Source: an uncultured Boseongicola sp. (GTDB lineage Bacteria; Actinomycetota; Acidimicrobiia; Spongiisociales; ZC4RG35). From it: a stretch of DNA of 64,000 nt. Both the position numbers and the translations under genes were made by a program. The stretch covers positions 10,576 through 74,575 of the forward strand of contig CAXMMT010000078.1 of NCBI GenBank assembly GCA_964194555.1, written 5' to 3'. The notes beneath the pieces are model-generated. The model had not been told where the DNA came from, did not search any database, and saw only the letters and a program-made list of their open reading frames with translations. Positions 31,521 through 41,045 of the stretch are shown piece by piece (within the stretch, counting starts at the first letter, position 1; each line of letters starts with the position of its first letter).

Positions 31521-32159
31521 ATGAATAGCCGGAGAGCAATCTCGTGGCTACTTTGGTTTCACGTGGAACACAGTTACTGGACACGAGTAGGGGATCATGT
31601 CGGTCACGGGATCGATTCCTCACAGCTTGCCCAACTGATTGACTACCGAGACTGGCTTGTTGCCGAGGCCCTCCCGGTTGGCGGGATCGGCCCGGCGGAG
31701 GCGGTGAGGATCGACCGAAGGCATATCGCTGATTCACTACTTTTTGCGGCTCCGCTGCAGGACCCGGGTGAGATCTGGGATTTGGGCTCGGGTGCGGGTC
31801 TCCCTGGGATACCACTGGCCATCCTGTTTCCAGAGACCCCTGTGGTTCTCATCGATCGTTCCTCGCGGAGTGCCGATTTGATGAGACGGGCCGTGAGGAT
31901 TCTCGATTTGCCAAACGTGCGGGTGGAGCATCTTGATATCGATCGTTTGCGAGGAGACTCCCCTACGATTGTTTCCAGGGCGGCTTTGCCCCCAGAAAGG
32001 ATGCGCCGTGTGGTGACGAAGCATCTCGATCGTCAGGGAGTGGCGATCGTTGGTGGATCGTGGACAAGGAAGCCGAGCGCTCCGGGATGGGAGATACTAG
32101 AGATTCCACGCGATGTCCTTGACCATACGGTTTGGCTACTTATCATGCGTCGTCCATGA
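31521..32159 (+). CDS. rsmG: 16S rRNA (guanine527-N7)-methyltransferase
   Basis: SAM-binding motif DLGSGAGLPGIPLAI. The likely start is the ATG at 31521. Confidence 0.8.
   Translation: MNSRRAISWLLWFHVEHSYWTRVGDHVGHGIDSSQLAQLIDYRDWLVAEALPVGGIGPAEAVRIDRRHIADSLLFAAPLQDPGEIWDLGSGAGLPGIPLAILFPETPVVLIDRSSRSADLMRRAVRILDLPNVRVEHLDIDRLRGDSPTIVSRAALPPERMRRVVTKHLDRQGVAIVGGSWTRKPSAPGWEILEIPRDVLDHTVWLLIMRRP
31554..31569. promoter_or_regulatory. parS-like palindrome (14/16 match to TGTTTCACGTGAAACA)
   Basis: GGTTTCACGTGGAACA inside the 5' end of rsmG. Confidence 0.4.
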
Positions 32160-32941
32160 CGAAACCAACAGTGGTCGCCCTTGCCAACCAGAAGGGTGGG
32201 GTCGGCAAGTCGACAACGGCAATCAATCTGGCTGCCGCACTGGCATTCCAGGATCAGCGGGTGTTGCTCATCGACCTCGACCCACAAGGCAACGCCTCGA
32301 GTGGGCTTGGTATCGAACGTCGCAGTATCGAAGTATCGGTTTATGACGTCCTGCTCAAGGAGTCAGACATTGGCGATGCCATCGAACCGACCTCGGTGCG
32401 CAATCTCTTTGTGGTGCCGGCCACAATCGATCTGGCGGGCGCCGAGATCGAGTTGGTCTCGATGTTTTCACGTGAAACAAGACTGAAGACGGCGATCTCG
32501 GAGATTGATCAGGAATTCGACGTGGTGTTCATCGACTGTCCACCATCGTTGGGTCTGCTCACCGTCAATGCGCTTGCTGCTGCTGGTGAGGTGATGATAC
32601 CGATCCAATGTGAGTATTACGCCCTGGAAGGTCTCACCCAGTTGCTCAAGAACGTCGAATTGGTCACATCCAGTCTCAACCCGGCATTGAAGGTTTCTGG
32701 GGTGATTCTCACCATGTATGACGCTCGGACCAAGCTCTCCAAGGATGTCGCCTCCCAGGTTCGTGAATATTTTGGCGAGATTACTTACCGTACAGTCGTC
32801 CCCAGATCGGTTCGGCTCTCCGAGGCACCGTCTTACGGTGAGCCTATCGAGGCTTTTGACCCGATGAGCAGGGGGGCAATTGCCTATCGGCACCTCGGCA
32901 AGGAATTCATCGAACGGCATAACGTCGAAGAGGAGGATTAG
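32156..32941 (+). CDS. parA: Chromosome partitioning ATPase ParA (Soj)
   Basis: Deviant Walker A KGGVGKST. The start overlaps the rsmG stop by ATGA. Confidence 0.85.
   Translation: MTKPTVVALANQKGGVGKSTTAINLAAALAFQDQRVLLIDLDPQGNASSGLGIERRSIEVSVYDVLLKESDIGDAIEPTSVRNLFVVPATIDLAGAEIELVSMFSRETRLKTAISEIDQEFDVVFIDCPPSLGLLTVNALAAAGEVMIPIQCEYYALEGLTQLLKNVELVTSSLNPALKVSGVILTMYDARTKLSKDVASQVREYFGEITYRTVVPRSVRLSEAPSYGEPIEAFDPMSRGAIAYRHLGKEFIERHNVEEED
32464..32479. promoter_or_regulatory. parS site
   Basis: GTTTTCACGTGAAACA lies within parA. It matches 14/16 to TGTTTCACGTGAAACA and is a near-perfect palindrome around CACGTG. Confidence 0.6.
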
Positions 32942-32944
32942 GAG

Positions 32945-33799
32945 TTGAGCCCACGTAAGGCAGGTCTTGGCCGTGGTCTGGAGGCGCTGATACCAAGTGA
33001 GCCGGACGAGACCTCGGAGTCGGTATTACTTCAGGTTCCAGTTGATGAGATTGAGGCCAACCCGGATCAGCCGAGAAGCCGGTTCGATGACGTCTCGCTC
33101 GACGAGCTCTCCGCCTCGATAGAGGAAGTTGGCATTCTCCAGCCAATCGTGGTTACCCCTACCGACACCGGGTACACCCTTGTCGCCGGCGAGCGGAGGT
33201 GGCGAGCCGCCAAGCGTGCTGGACTAGATACGATTCCAGCCGTTACCCGAGAGGCTTCGGGTGATTCCACCCTTGTCGAGTCACTCGTGGAGAATGTACA
33301 GCGTCAAGATCTAACTCCCCTCGAAGAGGCACACGCCTATCGTCAACTCCTGGAAGATTTTGGAATGACACAGCAGCAGGTGGCTGATCGGGTCGGAAAG
33401 TCGCGTCCGGCCGTCTCCAATACCCTCCGTCTTCTGCAACTGCCAGGTCCGGTTCAGACATTGGTGGACGCCGGGCATCTCAGCGCTGGGGCTGCGAGGG
33501 CTCTCTTGGGGTTGGAGGATGAGAAGTACGTCATGTATCTGGCCGAGAAGGCACACGCAGAAGGATGGAGCGTGCGCCAGGTCGAGGAAGCAGTGCGCAC
33601 GCGGCGCGAGATGGAATCTCCAACCCGGAAGGAAAGCGTCCGTGTGGTACGGCCGGTGGAGATCATCGAGTTGGAGAAGCGATTGATCGAACGATTGGGG
33701 ACCAAGGTCAACATCAGCTATCGCAACGAGAGAGGCAAGGTCGAGATTCGATTTGGCTCAATCGAGGAGCTCGAGCACATCTATCGGGTCATCTCCTAG
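32945..33799 (+). CDS. parB: Chromosome partitioning protein ParB
   Basis: GERRWRAA arginine patch and an HTH. TTG start with AGGAG RBS. The TAG stop lies inside the left terminal repeat of the element at 33796. Confidence 0.85.
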   Translation: MSPRKAGLGRGLEALIPSEPDETSESVLLQVPVDEIEANPDQPRSRFDDVSLDELSASIEEVGILQPIVVTPTDTGYTLVAGERRWRAAKRAGLDTIPAVTREASGDSTLVESLVENVQRQDLTPLEEAHAYRQLLEDFGMTQQQVADRVGKSRPAVSNTLRLLQLPGPVQTLVDAGHLSAGAARALLGLEDEKYVMYLAEKAHAEGWSVRQVEEAVRTRREMESPTRKESVRVVRPVEIIELEKRLIERLGTKVNISYRNERGKVEIRFGSIEELEHIYRVIS

Positions 33800-33963
33800 T
33801 GGTCTGTCGCCCAAATAGCTACTCGGTCTCACCCGGCCCTCGACGCCCCTGGCGGCGTCCTCCGCCTCGACGCAGCTACGGCTGCGCCTTCATTGTGCGT
33901 CCTGGCCAGATGAGGCCGATGGCTCGGTGACACCGCGGCATCAATTGAGCGACAGACCACTAG
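33796..33963 (+). repeat. MITE/REP-like ~168-bp element, copy 2
   Basis: CTAGTGGTCTGTCGCCCAAATAGC ... CAATTGAGCGACAGACCACTAG, a 15-bp perfect terminal inverted repeat. It fills the parB-cwlM intergenic space. Confidence 0.75.
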
Positions 33964-33967
33964 CGTC

Positions 33968-34942
33968 CTACGGGCCGCCTCCCGAGGAACCGGAGGCAAG
34001 GAAGTCAGCCAGCCCCTCTACGACCGTCACCCCCAGACTCTCACTGAGATGACGACGTGAGATGACCGCGGCCGGAGCTCTCGTTTCTTTGAGCATTGCG
34101 CTTGCCCGACCTTCCACACGTCCGCCAACAACAGAAGAAAGAGACTTGGCCAGTTGCTCACCCGCTGCTGAGGTGCTGTGTTCGGTAGTGAAATAGAAAA
34201 CACAGTCTTCGTCCGACGGGTTGATTCGGAAGGCGATGATGAGATCCGATCCCATTCGGTTGGCTCGTCTCGCCCGGATACGCTCGGGCAGTTGGGTATC
34301 CTGACTCCTCGACATCATGGGGAGTCCTCCGGCGTCTTGGATCGCAATGGCGGCCCCGCTGGCGGCTGCCCAAGCCTGCCGGGTCTCGTGGGGGTCGCGA
34401 CAGCCGGCGTCGAGGTAGACCCTGGTCCCGGCGACGGTGGGAGGGAGTCTCCTCAGCCACTCTCTCTCCCGAAGAGCGTGACGTCCCTCCTTCATATCTC
34501 CTCTGCTCACGAGACGGATCTCGGTGACGACCTCCGGCCCTACTTTTCCATCTTCTGCCAGATTGCGATTGTGCTGGAAGTCGATCACCGCCGTCTCGGT
34601 GTCTGGTCCGAAGATCCCATCGGCTTTACCCGAGTCGAATCCAAGAGAGTTGAGACGTGACTGCAATTCGGCCACGTCCTCACCCCGAACCATCGGCCGA
34701 CGCATGTAGACGAGACGGTCACCAAGCCGATAGCCGGCCTCATATAGGGATCGCCAGGTATCGGGCCCGACGATTCCATCAACGTCCAGACCCTTCGCCT
34801 TCTGGAATGCCATCACAGCATCCAGTGTGAAGTCGCCAAAGACCCCCCGTACGTCGTCGGCTGATTCGAAGCCAAGCGCGGCAAGTCGATCCTGGATGTC
34901 CCGAATGGGAGGGCCCTCGTCACCGAGGCGAAATAGACGCAT
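33968..34942 (-). CDS. Peptidoglycan-binding-domain protein with N-acetylmuramoyl-L-alanine amidase (Amidase_3) domain (CwlM-like)
   Basis: Two PG_binding_1 repeats (DVDGIVGPDTW, GKADGIFGPDTETA) and an amidase_3-like C-terminus. Sits next to trxA-trxB as in mycobacteria. Confidence 0.7.
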   Translation of the reverse strand: MRLFRLGDEGPPIRDIQDRLAALGFESADDVRGVFGDFTLDAVMAFQKAKGLDVDGIVGPDTWRSLYEAGYRLGDRLVYMRRPMVRGEDVAELQSRLNSLGFDSGKADGIFGPDTETAVIDFQHNRNLAEDGKVGPEVVTEIRLVSRGDMKEGRHALREREWLRRLPPTVAGTRVYLDAGCRDPHETRQAWAAASGAAIAIQDAGGLPMMSRSQDTQLPERIRARRANRMGSDLIIAFRINPSDEDCVFYFTTEHSTSAAGEQLAKSLSSVVGGRVEGRASAMLKETRAPAAVISRRHLSESLGVTVVEGLADFLASGSSGGGP

Positions 34943-34978
34943 TGGCCGTCGATCTTAGGAAGACCCTGCACCAAGGGC

Positions 34979-35296
34979 TCAGATGTATTCGGCGAGCTCC
35001 TGCATCAGACGATGCTTGGGGGCAGCACCGACGATCCGCTTCTTCTCGACCCCATCCTTGAAGAGAATTAGCGTTGGGATGCTCATGACGTCGTGGGCGG
35101 CGGCGGTCTGCGGATTGTGATCAACGTCGAGTTTGCCGATATTGAAGCCATCATGCTCCTCAGCGATCTCCTCCAGAACAGGCGCAATCACCCGGCAGGG
35201 GCCGCACCATTCGGCCCAAAAGTCGACGAGGATGGGCGTCTCAGCGCTGATCTCATCATTGAAAGTCCCGTCGTTGAGGGTGCGAATTTCAGCCAT
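34979..35296 (-). CDS. trxA: Thioredoxin
   Basis: WCGPC active site; 105 aa. Confidence 0.9.
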   Translation of the reverse strand: MAEIRTLNDGTFNDEISAETPILVDFWAEWCGPCRVIAPVLEEIAEEHDGFNIGKLDVDHNPQTAAAHDVMSIPTLILFKDGVEKKRIVGAAPKHRLMQELAEYI

Positions 35297-35347
35297 GTCG
35301 GTTTCCTTCTCCTTGGTCTACCTCAGTGAACCTGACTCACTGATAGG

Positions 35348-36271
35348 TCATTCCTGGTGTGCCAGCCATCGTTCGGCATCGATGGCAGCCATACAGCCTG
35401 TTCCCGCCGCCGTCACAGCTTGGCGGTATACGTGGTCGGCAACGTCACCAGCAGCGAAAACACCTTCGACCGAGGTGTGTGTTCCGCCGCTGTCTGCGAT
35501 TATGAGATAACCGTTTTCGTCGAGATCCAACTTGTCCACGAAGAGGTCGGTCGTGGGCTTGTGTCCGATCGCGACGAACACGCCATCGATTGCCATCTCC
35601 GAGGACTCCCCGGTAACGGTGTCCTCGAGCGTCACCCCGGAGACGAGATCGTCACCATGGATCTCAGTCACGATCGAGTTCCACCTCATCTCGATCTTGT
35701 CGTTCGCTTCAGCGCGAGCGGCCATGATCTTGGAGGCTCGCAACTCATCTCGTCGATGTATGACGGTTACTTTGGAGGCGAATTTGGTCAGGAACAAGGC
35801 CTCTTCCATTGCAGTGTCTCCGCCACCGACGACGATCAGTTCCTTATCCCGGAAGAAGAATCCGTCACATGTTGCACATGCGGAGACGCCCTTGCCGGTG
35901 AGCTTATCCTCACCCGGGACACCGAGCCATGTTGCTGAGGCACCCGTGGCGATGATGACGGCGTCGGCTGTGTACTCGTCGGCTCCGACGTTGATCCTGA
36001 AGGGTCTCGTGGAGAAGTCGACTTCGGTCACATCGACTTGATGGAGCCTCGTTCCGAATCTCTCAGCCTGCTTTCGAAACTGGTCCATCAGTTCTGGTCC
36101 CAGGATCCCGTCAGGAAATCCAGGATAGTTCTCGACGTCGGTTGTGATCATGAGTTGACCACCGGCCAACACGCCCTCGAAGACGATCGGATTGAGATCG
36201 GCGCGTGCGGCGTACAGCGCTGCGGTGAGACCTGCCGCGCCTGATCCGATAATCACCAACTTTTCATGCAT
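35348..36271 (-). CDS. trxB: Thioredoxin-disulfide reductase
   Basis: GSGAAG FAD motif, CATCDG redox-active disulfide, and NADPH motif GGGDTAMEEA. Start at MHEKLVIIG. Confidence 0.9.
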   Translation of the reverse strand: MHEKLVIIGSGAAGLTAALYAARADLNPIVFEGVLAGGQLMITTDVENYPGFPDGILGPELMDQFRKQAERFGTRLHQVDVTEVDFSTRPFRINVGADEYTADAVIIATGASATWLGVPGEDKLTGKGVSACATCDGFFFRDKELIVVGGGDTAMEEALFLTKFASKVTVIHRRDELRASKIMAARAEANDKIEMRWNSIVTEIHGDDLVSGVTLEDTVTGESSEMAIDGVFVAIGHKPTTDLFVDKLDLDENGYLIIADSGGTHTSVEGVFAAGDVADHVYRQAVTAAGTGCMAAIDAERWLAHQE

Positions 36272-36546
36272 TATTCTTCCTCGATCCTCTTGAACCAGAA
36301 GTAGCCGCCCACTCCAAGAAGCAGAGCTCCCAGGACAGCGAATGCTCCTGCAGTGGCGAGCGGAATCTCCAGTGCCCCGAAGATTGCCCACGACAGGAAT
36401 ATCAACGCGGTCAACGCCATTGCCAGCGTCAGGATTCCCAGTCCGGTGAGCTTGATGCCATAGGCGACCCGGTCGACAGTCATTGCCCGGACCTTCTGTG
36501 CAATCTGCTCGAGGAGTTCGGCGAATTTGATGGCGTATTCGTGCAT
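36271..36546 (-). CDS. Small membrane protein (actinobacterial holin-X-like / DUF)
   Basis: 91 aa with two TM helices and an amphipathic N-terminus. Ends immediately before trxB. Confidence 0.5.
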   Translation of the reverse strand: MHEYAIKFAELLEQIAQKVRAMTVDRVAYGIKLTGLGILTLAMALTALIFLSWAIFGALEIPLATAGAFAVLGALLLGVGGYFWFKRIEEE

Positions 36547-36640
36547 GTCGGCGTCAGGCTAGTTCTAAGGTCCTGAGACCGGTATTTCGTCCCGCTTCCG
36601 CCGAGAAACGGATTCCTCGCCGCTAGACAGCGAACGGTCT

Positions 36641-39600
36641 TTAGACCGCCACCTCTTCAGATTCTGAGTCGTACCGATTGAATACGTCCTCGTAGAGGTC
36701 GAGGTAAGCCTTGAATCCATGAGTCGTGAAGAACTCTAAAGCCGATCTAGCGGCCTCGATCGCCTCGGGATGGTCGGAGGGCAGAACCGCCGCCGTGACC
36801 GCATCGGCGTGCGCCCGAGGTAGGGGCGGCATGGTCTTCGACCACAGTTCGATCAGCTTCCGCCGGGCGACGAGAGCCGACTTGTTGTCATCATCCAACG
36901 CCGCCACCACCATCATGGCGAACTGACGCAGTCCGTCGATGGCGCGACCTTTCCTATCGACGGCCTCGAGTCGATCGAGCAACTGGCGGGCGCCGTTCAC
37001 GTCGTCGGTGATGCCGACGCTCCCCAAACCAGGTTCGATAGATGCTGGGTAGTAATTGAGCGGTTCAGGCTCACCTTCCAGGATCAGTCTTGTCACAGTC
37101 TCGAGATCCCCTTTGAGATACATGGCATTCGCACGGATCTGTTCCCCCGCATCCTTGATCTGGGGATCGTCGCTCTCGAGATACACTTCGACTATCTCGA
37201 GGATTCGGGCGTGTTTGGCCGGGTCCGTACCGTCTCGTGTTTGTTCGAACTGAAGCCGATTGATCTCGAAAGCATCGGCCCAGAACTCGGAAAGGTCGAA
37301 GCTCTCACCATGCTCGACCATCGAGAGCGCCCTCTCAATGTCACCGCCTTGGAATGTGTAAATCGAGTGAAAGAAAAGAGATCTGAATTGCCAGCCGATA
37401 TTGCCTGACTTGTCAATCAGTCGATCGAACTTGTCAATCTCGAATAGCATCTGACTGTCGGATATGGTCGTCGCACCGAAGTTGTTGATGGCACGAATCT
37501 CCGCGTTGAGAAGACCACGGTCAGCGGCCACATCCGCTATCCCGCGCAGGAGGGCCACGCTTTCCACGCCACGTCCGCCTTGCGCCAGTGACAATGCCTT
37601 GTTGTTGAGCGTGTCCAGCAACTCCTCGACCATATCCAACTGCTCGAGAACCGGCAGTACACGATCGGCAACCTCGATCGCCTTCACCTCCTGTCCGGCG
37701 AGGGCCAATGCACGAGAGGTTTCACTGGCCAGCCGGGCCCAGATCTCGTCGGCAGCCTTCGGCGTGGTTTCGTAGACTGGCAAAATGACCTGCACCGCCT
37801 TGGCAGCGTCAAAATTCCCGGCAAGACCGTACGCAACGCGAGTGGCGGCGCGTGCGACTCCTAGAACATCCCGTGCCTCCCGGTACCATTCGAGGGCCTC
37901 ATTGCCGATCTCAAATGCCAGATCCTCCCGTCCCGTCTTCTCGAGACAGACGCTCAGTTGTATCTTCAGGTCCGCGATCTCGGCCTCATCAGAAGTCAGT
38001 TCAATTGCATGTTGATATAGCGAGACGGCTTGTCGATCTGAGCGCAACTCCCGGGCCCGCTTGGCCGAAGCAACGAGGGATTCGCGGGCTCGGTTCAGCA
38101 ACTCCGTATTCTCGGGATCGGCGGCGGCGGCACTGGCGTAATGACCCGCAACGACACCGGCCAACTCTGGATCATTCAGCAACTCCGTTCGACGGGCGAC
38201 CTCGAGATGACGGCTGACACGATCGGATCTGGCCAGACGCCCGTATGCGACCTCGCGGATGAGGCTCTGTACGAACCGATACTGGCCACGTTCGGGCGAG
38301 CGACGATCTTCGTCCAACTCGAGAACATCACTTCGGACCAATGACCTCAAGGTCGTTTCCAGCTCCTCGGGGGTCTTGTCAGCCATGTCAGCAATCCCAA
38401 CCAGGGTGAAGGAAAGCCCGAGTACTGAAGCGTCCTGGATGACCGCCACCTCGTCGGGTTCCAGGCGGTCGAGTCGTGCTCCGATTATGGCGCTGACACT
38501 GTCCGGTATGGCCAACTCGCCCGGGTCGCCAACCAACTCGTATCCATCATCAACGGCTACCAGATCACCCGAGTTGATGAGCATGCGGACGAACTCGACG
38601 GCATGAAGGGGAACCCCAGCCGTCCGATCGGCAATACGATCCAAGACATCGGTCGGAATCCCCGGCGCAAGACCGGTGACCAGTTCTCTCATGGCGCCGT
38701 CATCGAGACGGCTGAGATGCATGAGGAGTGAGCGCCGCCGCGCCGCGCCCCAATCTGGACGTTTCTCGAGAAGCTCGGGTCGGGCCAGTGCCAGAACCAG
38801 TATCGGGTTTTGGGTGCTTCTCTCGACCAGCTCCTCGATGAATTCAAGCAGCCCCTCATCTGCCCAGTGGAGATCTTCGAAGACCATGAGAACCGTTCCC
38901 CGCTCGGAGATTCTCTGGAAAAAGGTGCGAAGGGCGGCGTACAACTCGGACCGATCGCCTGGTGGCATCTCCGAAATGCCGATGAGGGCGGCCAGCCGGG
39001 GCTCGATCCATTTTTGGTCCTCTTCGTCGGGAGCGAACTCTGCCACTGTCGTCCGCAGTTTCATCCTGGCCTTGGCGGCGTCTTCACCTTCCGTGATCCC
39101 CGCGCGCTGTCGGATCATCTCCCCAAGGGCCCAGAATGTGACCCCCTCTCCGTACGCCGGCGATCGGCCGTTGTGGTAGTAGATGATTTCGGCGATACCG
39201 TCGATGTATCGCAGTAGCTCCTGGGAGAGCCGGGTCTTTCCAATGCCACCCTCGCCGATGATCGAGACCATCCGAGCCCTCTGTTCACGACCGGTGGCGT
39301 GAAGCTGATCCTTGAGGAGACGTAGCTCGTCGTCCCTACCGACAAAGGGCCCTTCAACCAGTTCACTGCCTCGCTTGGACTGAGAGAGAGCTATCACCCG
39401 GACCGCGTTGTAGGCGGCAACTGACAGCTCCTTGCCTTTCACCTTCTGGTCGCCGATCGCGACGAATTCGACAGCCGAGCCCACCAGGTCCCGGGTGGAC
39501 TCGCCCACATACACCCCACCGGGAGGTGCCATCGACTGAAGACGCGAGGCGGTATTGACGAGGTCGCCGACCACAAGGCCATGCTCGTTTCCTCCGGATC

Positions 39601-40135
39601 CGACCGAGGCTTCACCCGACATGACACCGGCTCTCGCGTCAAGACCCGGAATGTCGACGTCGCCGCCGAGCCCTCGCACCATGTCGACCAGCTCGAGGGC
39701 GGTTCGAGTAGCTCTCTCGGCGTCATCCTCATGGGCTGCGGCGGCTCCGAAGACGCCCATCACGGCGTCCCCGATGAACTTGTCGGTCACGCCTCCATAA
39801 CGGTCGATGATCTCGCGGCATCGGTCGTAATAGTCGGTGAGCATTGACCGAATGTCTTCGGGATCGCGCCCCTCGGAAAGCGAGGTGTACCCGACGAGAT
39901 CGGCAAACACGACAGATACCAGACGCCGTTCACCCCGATCGCTGGTGGGATCTTCCGTGGGACTCGCCGAAGCGGGCGAGTCCTCGAGTGTATTGCCGCA
40001 GTTGAAGCAGAACTTGTTCGAAGAATCGTTGACTGTGTCACAGTTTGAGCAAGATCGACCCAAGGCATTTCCACAACTCGAACAGAAGGAGTGGTCGGCT
40101 GGATTCTCGGTTCCGCAAGAACTACATGTGATCAT
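36641..40135 (-). CDS. Double zinc-ribbon - class III adenylate/guanylate cyclase - P-loop NTPase (STAND) - TPR multidomain protein
   Basis: N-terminal CxxC x4 (CSSCG...CSSCG, CSNCD...CFNCG), CHD cyclase domain (VFADLVGYT...FIGDAVMGVFG), Walker A IGEGGIGKTRLS, and a ~700-aa helical-repeat C-terminus. Confidence 0.75.
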   Translation of the reverse strand: MITCSSCGTENPADHSFCSSCGNALGRSCSNCDTVNDSSNKFCFNCGNTLEDSPASASPTEDPTSDRGERRLVSVVFADLVGYTSLSEGRDPEDIRSMLTDYYDRCREIIDRYGGVTDKFIGDAVMGVFGAAAAHEDDAERATRTALELVDMVRGLGGDVDIPGLDARAGVMSGEASVGSGGNEHGLVVGDLVNTASRLQSMAPPGGVYVGESTRDLVGSAVEFVAIGDQKVKGKELSVAAYNAVRVIALSQSKRGSELVEGPFVGRDDELRLLKDQLHATGREQRARMVSIIGEGGIGKTRLSQELLRYIDGIAEIIYYHNGRSPAYGEGVTFWALGEMIRQRAGITEGEDAAKARMKLRTTVAEFAPDEEDQKWIEPRLAALIGISEMPPGDRSELYAALRTFFQRISERGTVLMVFEDLHWADEGLLEFIEELVERSTQNPILVLALARPELLEKRPDWGAARRRSLLMHLSRLDDGAMRELVTGLAPGIPTDVLDRIADRTAGVPLHAVEFVRMLINSGDLVAVDDGYELVGDPGELAIPDSVSAIIGARLDRLEPDEVAVIQDASVLGLSFTLVGIADMADKTPEELETTLRSLVRSDVLELDEDRRSPERGQYRFVQSLIREVAYGRLARSDRVSRHLEVARRTELLNDPELAGVVAGHYASAAAADPENTELLNRARESLVASAKRARELRSDRQAVSLYQHAIELTSDEAEIADLKIQLSVCLEKTGREDLAFEIGNEALEWYREARDVLGVARAATRVAYGLAGNFDAAKAVQVILPVYETTPKAADEIWARLASETSRALALAGQEVKAIEVADRVLPVLEQLDMVEELLDTLNNKALSLAQGGRGVESVALLRGIADVAADRGLLNAEIRAINNFGATTISDSQMLFEIDKFDRLIDKSGNIGWQFRSLFFHSIYTFQGGDIERALSMVEHGESFDLSEFWADAFEINRLQFEQTRDGTDPAKHARILEIVEVYLESDDPQIKDAGEQIRANAMYLKGDLETVTRLILEGEPEPLNYYPASIEPGLGSVGITDDVNGARQLLDRLEAVDRKGRAIDGLRQFAMMVVAALDDDNKSALVARRKLIELWSKTMPPLPRAHADAVTAAVLPSDHPEAIEAARSALEFFTTHGFKAYLDLYEDVFNRYDSESEEVAV

Positions 40136-40232
40136 TCAGAGTGGTGGAACATATTGGGAACCGGAGACTATCGAACAGTTCCCGGCCAGGTCGATCCCGT
40201 TTCTCAGGGATGAGTGATTTACGGCAAATACC

Positions 40233-41024
40233 TCACTCGTCGGTGTGCACGAGGGAACACGTAGCCGCTTCGACGAAAGCGATGGGGGTGTCCTCGCCCA
40301 ACTGCTCAGCCGTCGGGACGGCAACCAAATAGGACGTTTCGGGGTCGAACCCAAAGTCCTCAGCCTCGGCGAAACTCACCTCGCCAACCGCTTTGTATCC
40401 CTCGAGATCGGCCACGAGCAGACACTCTGCTTGCTTGTCGAGCACGGATTGTTGTTCGTTACCCCCGGTATCCGCGGCGGTCGCGAACTGACCGGCGCGG
40501 ACCTTTGAAGCTTCACGGCTGAAGAAACCGACGATCGCCTCTTCTGACCCGGCGTCATCAGCCGAAACAGCGTCTTCGGCGATCGAAGGCGCCTCTGCTC
40601 CCTCGTCGGCTCCGGCGGAGGCGACAGTGGTGTCTGCTGTCTCACCGGCGTCCCGAGATGCAGCCAGTTCTTCGGTGGCGGCGTCGTCGCCCGAGAATCC
40701 GTCCGTGTTGAGAACCGCCACGAGGCCCACGACCAGAAAGAGGCCTGCAGCCGCGTACGACCAGCGGAAATACCAGGGCGTGGTCTTCTTGGTCGCAACT
40801 GGTTGGGCTTTGAGCTGGGTCCAGATATCTCGATGCAGCGCCGCCTTCTCAATATCGGACATGACGGCCGGTTGAACATTCGCGAGTGCGTTGAGGGCGG
40901 TCTTCTGCGCCTCATACTCGGAGCGGGCCTTTCCGGACGACGCAACGAGGGCGCGGGCCTCGGTCTCATCGTCGAGGGCTCCCTCGGCGAGAGCGGCGAT
41001 CAACTCGATCTCGTGTTTACGCAT
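40233..41024 (-). CDS. Anti-sigma factor (single-pass membrane protein, RsmA/RskA-like)
   Basis: Lies directly downstream of the ECF sigma. Anti-sigma N-terminal helix MRKHEIELIAALAEGALDDETEA, one TM helix, and an acidic extracytoplasmic domain. Confidence 0.6.
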   Translation of the reverse strand: MRKHEIELIAALAEGALDDETEARALVASSGKARSEYEAQKTALNALANVQPAVMSDIEKAALHRDIWTQLKAQPVATKKTTPWYFRWSYAAAGLFLVVGLVAVLNTDGFSGDDAATEELAASRDAGETADTTVASAGADEGAEAPSIAEDAVSADDAGSEEAIVGFFSREASKVRAGQFATAADTGGNEQQSVLDKQAECLLVADLEGYKAVGEVSFAEAEDFGFDPETSYLVAVPTAEQLGEDTPIAFVEAATCSLVHTDE

Positions 41025-41045
41025 GCAATCCCTTTGATGCTCTCA

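Noticed and set aside
35357-36041. Plus-strand ORFs antisense to trxB
   Set aside because: trxB is unambiguous (FAD, NADPH and CATC motifs), so the antisense frames are noise.
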